Under the pieces are notes generated by a model. It was not told where the DNA came from. It searched no databases and worked only from the letters and a program-made list of their open reading frames with translations. This document shows, piece after piece, positions 46,456 through 64,000 of a stretch of 64,000 nucleotides of DNA. Where the stretch lies: the NCBI RefSeq assembly GCF_009914755.1, contig NC_060943.1. One strand, 5' to 3'. Numbering within the stretch: the first letter of the stretch is position 1; each line of letters begins with the position of its first letter. The position numbers and the translations under genes were made by a program. Source of the stretch: the human T2T-CHM13v2.0 reference genome, Homo sapiens.

Positions 46456-47343
46456 TAAGTCCAGTGATTTCAGAATGAGCCACAGGAATCACCCCACTGG
46501 AAAAATTGCCCATATCATGGATGACATATTCTCTTGGCAATACATTTTTAAACATAATGCAGTTTACTATAGTTTTAATGAAAAAGACAGTATAGGTATA
46601 GAACATTTTAGAAAACATTTGTAAGCATTGAAAACAAATAAAATTTCCCATTATCCCACCACATACAGATCCCAGTGAGTCATATTTTTGGATGCAAGCA
46701 CCTTAGATCCAGTGGCTTAATTAAATAGGGAAATGATTTTCCTTGCAAGAAGTCCAGAATTAGGTGTTGCGAATATTGCTGGTGTTGCTGGTTCTATGCT
46801 TAGTGGTGTTGTAAAGGCTCTAAACTAAGAATCTGGGTTTTCCCCAGTTTTCCATTCCACCATCAACATGTTGACATTTTATTGTATTTTCATGGTTGCA
46901 ATATGGCTGCCACAGCTCCAGACATCATGACTATGTTCAAGTCAAGAAGAAGAGGGATGGACAGGACCAGAAAGCCCTTCTTTCATGTCTTTGTCTTTAA
47001 CAGTAAACGAAAGCCCAGAAAACTCTCAGATTTCCCTTTACCTAATTGGTCAGAAGTGTATCATGTGACCACTCATATGGGCAAAAAATTTTGAACCAAC
47101 AGCTGTTTGGCTTCCTAAAGTCCAGAGTGGGCGCTGTCAATGCTGAGGAGGTTGAGAATGGCTTTTGGGTTTTCCAACTCTGCCTGCCACACTAGGGACA
47201 ATCGCATTTAACATTTTAATGTTTATCCTTCTAGTCTTTGTTACTGTATTTTTAATACTTCTGTCCCTGTAGACATGACCCTTGGAATCACGTTTGTATT
47301 AATTCTGCTGCAGACTCTGAGGAAATTCTTTTCTCTCTCACAG

Positions 47344-47349
47344 GGTTAA
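47344..47349 (+). CDS. ADGRE1: ADGRE1 terminal exon coding part (Gly + TAA)
   Basis: ttctctctcacag|GGT TAA; completes the recalled EMR1 C-terminus ...SASKTG; CDS in window totals 2567 nt, leaving 94 nt for an 886-aa protein. Confidence 0.9.
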   Translation, partial: G

Positions 47350-47760
47350 AGTCCTTTCTTGCTTTCAAATATGCTATGGAGCCACAGTTGAGGACAGTAG
47401 TTTCCTGCAGGAGCCTACCCTGAAATCTCTTCTCAGCTTAACATGGAAATGAGGATCCCACCAGCCCCAGAACCCTCTGGGGAAGAATGTTGGGGGCCGT
47501 CTTCCTGTGGTTGTATGCACTGATGAGAAATCAGGCGTTTCTGCTCCAAACGACCATTTTATCTTCGTGCTCTGCAACTTCTTCAATTCCAGAGTTTCTG
47601 AGAACAGACCCAAATTCAATGGCATGACCAAGAACACCTGGCTACCATTTTGTTTTCTCCTGCCCTTGTTGGTGCATGGTTCTAAGCGTGCCCCTCCAGC
47701 GCCTATCATACGCCTGACACAGAGAACCTCTCAATAAATGATTTGTCGCCTGTCTGACTG
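47350..47760 (+). other. ADGRE1: ADGRE1 3'UTR (end approximate)
   Basis: Non-repetitive sequence between stop codon and AATAAA. Confidence 0.8.
47733..47738 (+). terminator. ADGRE1 polyadenylation signal AATAAA
   Basis: First canonical hexamer after the stop; GT/T-rich sequence follows. Confidence 0.85.
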
Positions 47761-48096
47761 ATTTACCCTAGGATAAAGACTCTTTGTGATTTTAAAGAAA
47801 TGGTCAGTAAAACTGTAATGAGAGTCCCAGGGAACCAAGATGGCACATAGACAGATAAGCTACTTTGGCACAAACACTTAAAAATAGTTGTGTTGGTAAG
47901 TAGGGGGATGTTTGATGTAGCAAAATTCTAGCACTCCCTGGAGGGTTGAAGCACTTGGTGACAACAACCTTTGGAAAGTGCTTTGGTTTCCTGAGGTCCT
48001 TCAGGTAACCAAGACCTCACTGTTTTCTAGAAACTTTCTAATGACTTGGCTAGGATTTAGGATTTTCTCTGTCACAGTTATCGCTACCTATCCTTA

Positions 48097-59260
<11,164 letters not shown>

Positions 59261-59359
59261 GTCTCAGGCAAAGAAAATGGGGAAAATGTCAGTGTCTTGG
59301 ACAAAAGAGCCTGCGCAGTGACAATACACCCCTAAGCTAGGATGATAATGCATTTTTGT

Positions 59360-60041
59360 TTTTGGTTTTTTATTTATTTATTTATTTATTATTATTATAC
59401 TTTAAGTTTTAGGGTACATGTGCACAATGTGCAGGTTAGTTACATATGTATACATGTGCCTTGCTGGTGTGCTGCACCCACTAACTCGTCATCTAGCATT
59501 AGGTATATCTCCCAGTGCTATCCCTCCCTCCTCCCCCCACCCCACAACAGTCCCCAGAGTGTGATGTTCCCCTTCCTGTGTCCATGTGTTCTCATTGTTC
59601 AATTCCCACCTATGAGTGAGAATATGCGGTGTTTGGTTTTTTGTTCTTGCGATAGTTTACTGAGAATGATGATTTCCCATTTCATCCATGTCCCTACAAA
59701 GGACATGAACTCATCATTTTTTATGGCTGCATAGTATTCCATGGTGTATATGTGCCACATTTTCTTAATCCAGTCTATCATTGTTGGACATTTGGGTTGG
59801 TTCCAAGTCTTTGCTATTGTGAATAATGCCACAATAAACATACGTGTGCATGTGTCTTTATAGCAGCATGATTTATAGTCCTTTGGGTATATACCCAGTA
59901 ATGGGATAGCTGTGTCAAATGGTATTTCTAGTTCTAGATCCCTGAGGAATCGCCACACTGACTTCCACGATGGTTGAACTAGTTTACAGTCCCACCAACA
60001 GTGTAAAAGTGTTCCTATTTCTCCACATCCTCTCCAGCACC
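59360..60041 (-). mobile_element. 5'-truncated young L1 (L1PA2-like), ~680 bp
   Basis: Intact ORF2 C-terminus ...HRIFSLIGGN*, 3'UTR gctagatgacGAGttagtggg, 17-bp TSD TGATAATGCATTTTTGT (59343-59359, 60042-60058). Confidence 0.9.
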
Positions 60042-60079
60042 TGATAATGCATTTTTGTATTGCAAAATGCAACACCCTC

Positions 60080-60085
60080 TTTAAT
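60080..60085 (-). terminator. Candidate ADGRE4P poly(A) signal ATTAAA
   Basis: tttaat on + strand, ~430 nt past the stop codon. Confidence 0.5.
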
Positions 60086-60516
60086 ACTGATCCATATGAA
60101 AATTGTTGAATTATGTGAATGTGGAGTGTTAATGTAAGATCTTTGGGAGCATAAAATACAGCAGAGAGGCCAGAAAGGGAACTATGAGCTGAATCCAGAT
60201 GCCAGTTAGTGAGTTTCTGGCAAGGTGGCAGTAGCTGCAAGAAGAAAATCCACTTCTCCCGCCCGCCATCTTTAAAATGCATCCTTCCGACACTTCATTG
60301 CACGTGCCACACTACTGGACTCTGGATCTAAGAATTCTCCCAAATGTCTTGTTCTTTCTATGAACATAAAAAGCCAAAATAGGTGAATGAGCCTAGACTT
60401 TTCACAGGAAAGCTAGAAATAGTGGCATTTGTCCAATCTATGTGTGACCACAGGGGCGCTGTAGACAAACGGAAAGGAGGGGTAACTTCCGGGTCATTGC
60501 CATGGCACTTGCCAGG

Positions 60517-60642
60517 TCAGTTCATCTTTAGCCAAGCAGCAGAGACGAGATGAACCTGTGGCTGCGGTTGCTTGGTTGACTCTGCAGATGATGATGCAGT
60601 GCCTCCTTTATGAAAGATTTCTGAGGACTTCCCCACTTCTTC
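60517..60642 (-). pseudogene. ADGRE4P: ADGRE4P terminal exon, coding-like part
   Basis: Minus strand long polypyrimidine tract then caagtag|GAA; open frame EEVGKSSEIFHKGGTASSSAESTKQPQPQVHLVSAAWLKMN-TGA in phase with the upstream exon. Confidence 0.75.
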
Positions 60643-61464
60643 CTACTTGCGGGGAAGATAATAAGGAGAAAAGGTGACAGAGAAATTAACTAAAACTTCT
60701 AACTTGCCCAGAGATGACAAGCTAGGATTTCTGTTAGGTCCAAAGCTCAATATCTGACATTACAACTTCCCATCCTCCAAAAAAAACTCCACCATCTAAT
60801 AATGGTTATTTTATTTGATCTTTTCACAAACATTTACAGGGGCTTCCTGTGGTGCCAGGCAGCCTTCTAAGCGCTTAACTTATTTGACATCATTTAATCT
60901 TCACAATGAGAAGTGCTACCCTTGCTAAGAAGCTCTTTATCCCAAATAAAGCTCATATCTTTGTAATAGCTCCATGGTCTTAGCATTCAGGCTGCCGCAA
61001 GGGGCAAACCCAGTTTCACGAGTCACAGCACTTAGGAATCTGTGGTTTCTGACCAAAAAGAGTCTCTTCCTAGCCCTCCAAATCTAGGTAATTTCACAAA
61101 CCGGAGGTCGTTTTTATCATACACAGCCTTCAGATTTTTGGTCAAGTGCCAGCTTCTTGTAGTCACCTTATTTAAAACTGGAATCCTCCCACCCTGTCAT
61201 TCCTGGCTGCTCTCCATTGCTCTATTTTTTCTAAAGCATTTATCACTTTCTAATACCATAAAATTCACTTTTTGGGGTCTGTTGTCAGTTCCCTCACCCA
61301 ACTAGAATGTTAGCTCTGTGAGGTCAAGGACTACTGTCAGTGGGTCCACTGATGGTTCTCCAGCACCTAAACAGTGCCTGGCACATAGCGGACAATAAAT
61401 AGGTGTTAAATGAGTGTTGTTAATAAATTAAACTTTTTTTGTTAAATATCCCTTGGATGTTTGT

Positions 61465-61770
61465 TGAAGGAAGAAATGAAAAGAGAGAGGAAGAGAAGGA
61501 GGGAGTGATAGAAAGAATGAAACAGAGAGTTAGAAACGAGAGAGGAGGAAGGGAGAGAAAAAGATAGATGGTGTAAAAGAGAGTGAGAAAGAAATAAAAC
61601 GTAAGGAAGGAGAGGGAAACCAGGAATGAGGGAGAGGAAGAGACTGAGAGAGAGCAAGAAAAAAGGGAGAAAAGGAAGGAAGGAAGGAGGAAAGGAGGGA
61701 AGGAAGGAGGGAGGGAGGGAAGAAAGGAGGGAGGAAGGATGGAAGGAAGGAAGGAAGAAAGGAAGGGTGG
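61465..61770. repeat. GA-rich polypurine low-complexity tract
   Basis: (GGAA/GGGA)n. Confidence 0.93.
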
Positions 61771-61927
61771 GTGGGTTCTGGTTTTGGTCTCAAAACCCAG
61801 AAACTTCAGCTGCATAATACAGGAACCTAATGCAATTTCTCTTTTCTTTCAGATCAAGGAACCAGAAAGCTTCTAGAGGCATGAGATGTCGGATTCCAAT
61901 AAAGCACTCAGAAGGAGCTGATCTTAC

Positions 61928-62023
61928 CGTTTTGGTTTGGGTAGTAGAGCGAGACATCTCAGTGCTTTCAGTTTCTACCCCTTTCCGCATCCCACTAAAC
62001 CACTTTTTATATTCCATTCGAAC
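61928..62023 (-). pseudogene. ADGRE4P: ADGRE4P (EMR4P) penultimate exon, helix 8/C-tail
   Basis: Minus strand tttccag|GTT...ACG|gtaaga; 96 nt, phase 0-0; [32 protein letters not shown], paralogous to ADGRE1 exon 20 and similar to recalled mouse Adgre4; ADGRE4P is the known convergent neighbour of ADGRE1. Confidence 0.88.
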
Positions 62024-62237
62024 CTGGAAATTTGAGTAGAGAGGTCCGTGTTACATCCAGAGCTTGGTTTGGGAGAAAGGATCCTAAAATGGGAGGCTAA
62101 AGATAAAGACACCAAGCCCTACTCTCTAGTTTTCCATATAATCTTGGCCATGCCCATGTTGATTCATTTTATTTAAACTCAAACTTCTCAGTTGTAAAAA
62201 AGATGTGTATTAAATATCAGACACTATAGGACTCAAT

Positions 62238-63020
62238 AGATGATGATGATGATGATGGTGATGAAGGTGACTGTTGATGATAGTGGTGGTGGTAATGAAA
62301 GTAATTAAGATGATGATGGTGATGATGAAGGTGATGGTAATGGTGATGATGGTGATGAAGGTGATAATGATGAAGATGATGATAAAGGTAATGAAATTGA
62401 TGATGGTGAAGGTGATGGTAATGGTGATGATGGTGAGGGTGATGATGAAGATGATGACAATGAAGGTGATGATAGTGATGATGATGGTGAAGGTGATGAT
62501 GATGAAGTTGATGATAATGGAACGGACGATGGTAAAAGTAGCGGTGATGATTAAAATGATCATGATGAGGGTGATGATGGTGATGTTGATGAAGGTGATG
62601 GTAGTGAAGGTGATGATGAAGGTCATGGTGATGGTGGTGATAGTGATGATGAAAGTAATGTGAAGGTGATGATGAAGGTGATGGTAATGGTGATGATGGT
62701 GATAGTGATGATGGTGATGGTGATGATGGTGATGGTGATGATGAAGATGATGAAGGTGATGATGGTGAAGGTGATGATTATAAAGGTGATGGTGATGACA
62801 GTGATGATGATAAAGGTGATAATGAAGGTTATGGTAATGGTGATGATGGTGATGGTGATGATAGTAAAGATGATGAAGGTGTGATAAAGGTAATGAAGGT
62901 GGTGATGGTGAAGGTGATTATTATAAAGATGATAATGGTGATAATGACAAAAGTGACTATGGTGATGATGGTTAGATGATAATGGTGGGGGTGTTGGTGA
63001 TTATATGATGGTGAAGGTCA
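62238..63020. repeat. Degenerate (TGA/TGG)n trinucleotide tract, ~780 bp
   Basis: Directly visible. Confidence 0.97.
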
Positions 63021-64000
63021 CCATTTATTGAACACTAGCTATATTCAAGACACTGTATATGCAATATATCATTTAATTCTTACATAAATGGAGTAAGAAA
63101 GACATTTCTCCTACCCACAATTAAAGATCCGAAGTTGAGACTCTTGCAGTTAAATTGATATGCCCAAGGTCACACAGCCAGGACTCGAAACCTTGTCATC
63201 TTACTCAGAGCCCTGACGCTAACCATTACAATCACCCATCCTCTGTGATTCCAAGAATTGCCTTCCTCTAACCTCCTTAACATGCTAAAAATGACATTTA
63301 AAGATTTAATGCTCGACATCATTTCACAAGGACAATTAAATTATATTTTACTTCTTCTGTGAGTGAGAAGTACCAAGCATGAAGGCACTAAAAGATTGAA
63401 GAGAAATTAATGACGTGTTAAGATAGCCTTTTGCCACTAGCGTCTTAACTGCTGGTAGTTTTATTCAACAGCAAAGGGAAAATGCCAGGAAAATTTGTCC
63501 TAATTTTCTATGGAGAGTAAAATTGAAATAACACTCACTGAGATCTTAATAACAACACTAACTGAGATCTTAATGTGTGCTAAGGACTATGTTAGGAGTT
63601 TGCACTGATTCATTTAAGTCTTCAACCCTGTAATGAAGGCATCACCACATCTGCAGATGAGAAAACTACAGATGATGCTCAGAAAGGATAGGCGGTTTAC
63701 CCAGAGTCACACAGCCACCTACTCAGTGGAAGAACTGGGATTAGACTTGAAGTCTCTTTGAGTTTGTGGTAGATTGTGCCACATATTTCAGCATCACTTC
63801 TTGTAGTGCCCCTCACTACAGAAGGATTATTCATCCCCTTCTTGGTGAACTGAGGTATGGCCATGTGACTTGCTTTGACTAATTAAATGAGAGCAGAACA
63901 GAAGTGCACCACTACTAGGTAGAAGCTTTAAGAGAGCTAAGCTGTGCTTTCCCACAATCTCCTTTTCCTGTGCCATGAAACCATCAATGTTCTAAAAAGG

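Noticed and set aside
59599-60282. 227-aa ORF on the - strand
   Set aside because: L1 ORF2 C-terminus fused by chance to ADGRE4P 3'UTR sequence; lacks EN/RT domains
60447-60510. CTCF-like CCACAGGGGCGCT with nearby ETS and RFX-like motifs
   Set aside because: One base short of the CTCF core spacing and lies in the ADGRE4P 3'UTR; cannot be supported from sequence
62210-62884. Met/Val- and Ile/Thr-rich hydrophobic ORFs, at first resembling an ADGRE4P TM exon
   Set aside because: Trinucleotide low-complexity repeat; no LQG/HCLLN motif or splice sites; the TM6-7 exon must lie beyond the window

Overview
Human (primate) genomic DNA, about half interspersed repeats (roughly 55 Alu copies or fragments, plus L1, L2, MIR, MLT1, MER20/MER5 and several ERV LTRs). 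On the + strand it carries 19 coding exons (inferred exons 3-21, 2567 nt of CDS, 3716-47349) of the adhesion GPCR gene ADGRE1 (EMR1, human F4/80 homolog). These encode six EGF domains, the GAIN/stalk region with a degenerate GPS motif, the 7TM region and the C-tail, followed by a 3'UTR with AATAAA at 47733. The promoter and the first 94 coding nt lie upstream of the window. On the - strand, converging tail-to-tail, are the last two exons of a paralog that I identify as ADGRE4P/EMR4P (62023-61928 and 60642-60517). There is no prokaryotic-type system here (no CRISPR array, operon or tRNA/rRNA). Main observations beyond the standard gene model: (1) a ~1.14 kb intragenic tandem duplication, apparently from unequal crossover between L1 fragments, that left an intact, spliceable copy of the EGF2 exon and a dead copy of the EGF3 exon; (2) a weak GC-AG intron containing a sense MER9 LTR and poly(A) signals, which could give a secreted EGF-only form; (3) two stop-free in-frame introns, one encoding a Pro-rich cytoplasmic insert; (4) a candidate alternative last exon; (5) an L1PA2-like element inserted at the predicted ADGRE4P cleavage site. 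Exon numbering, repeat subfamily names and comparisons with the reference protein come from memory and need database confirmation.
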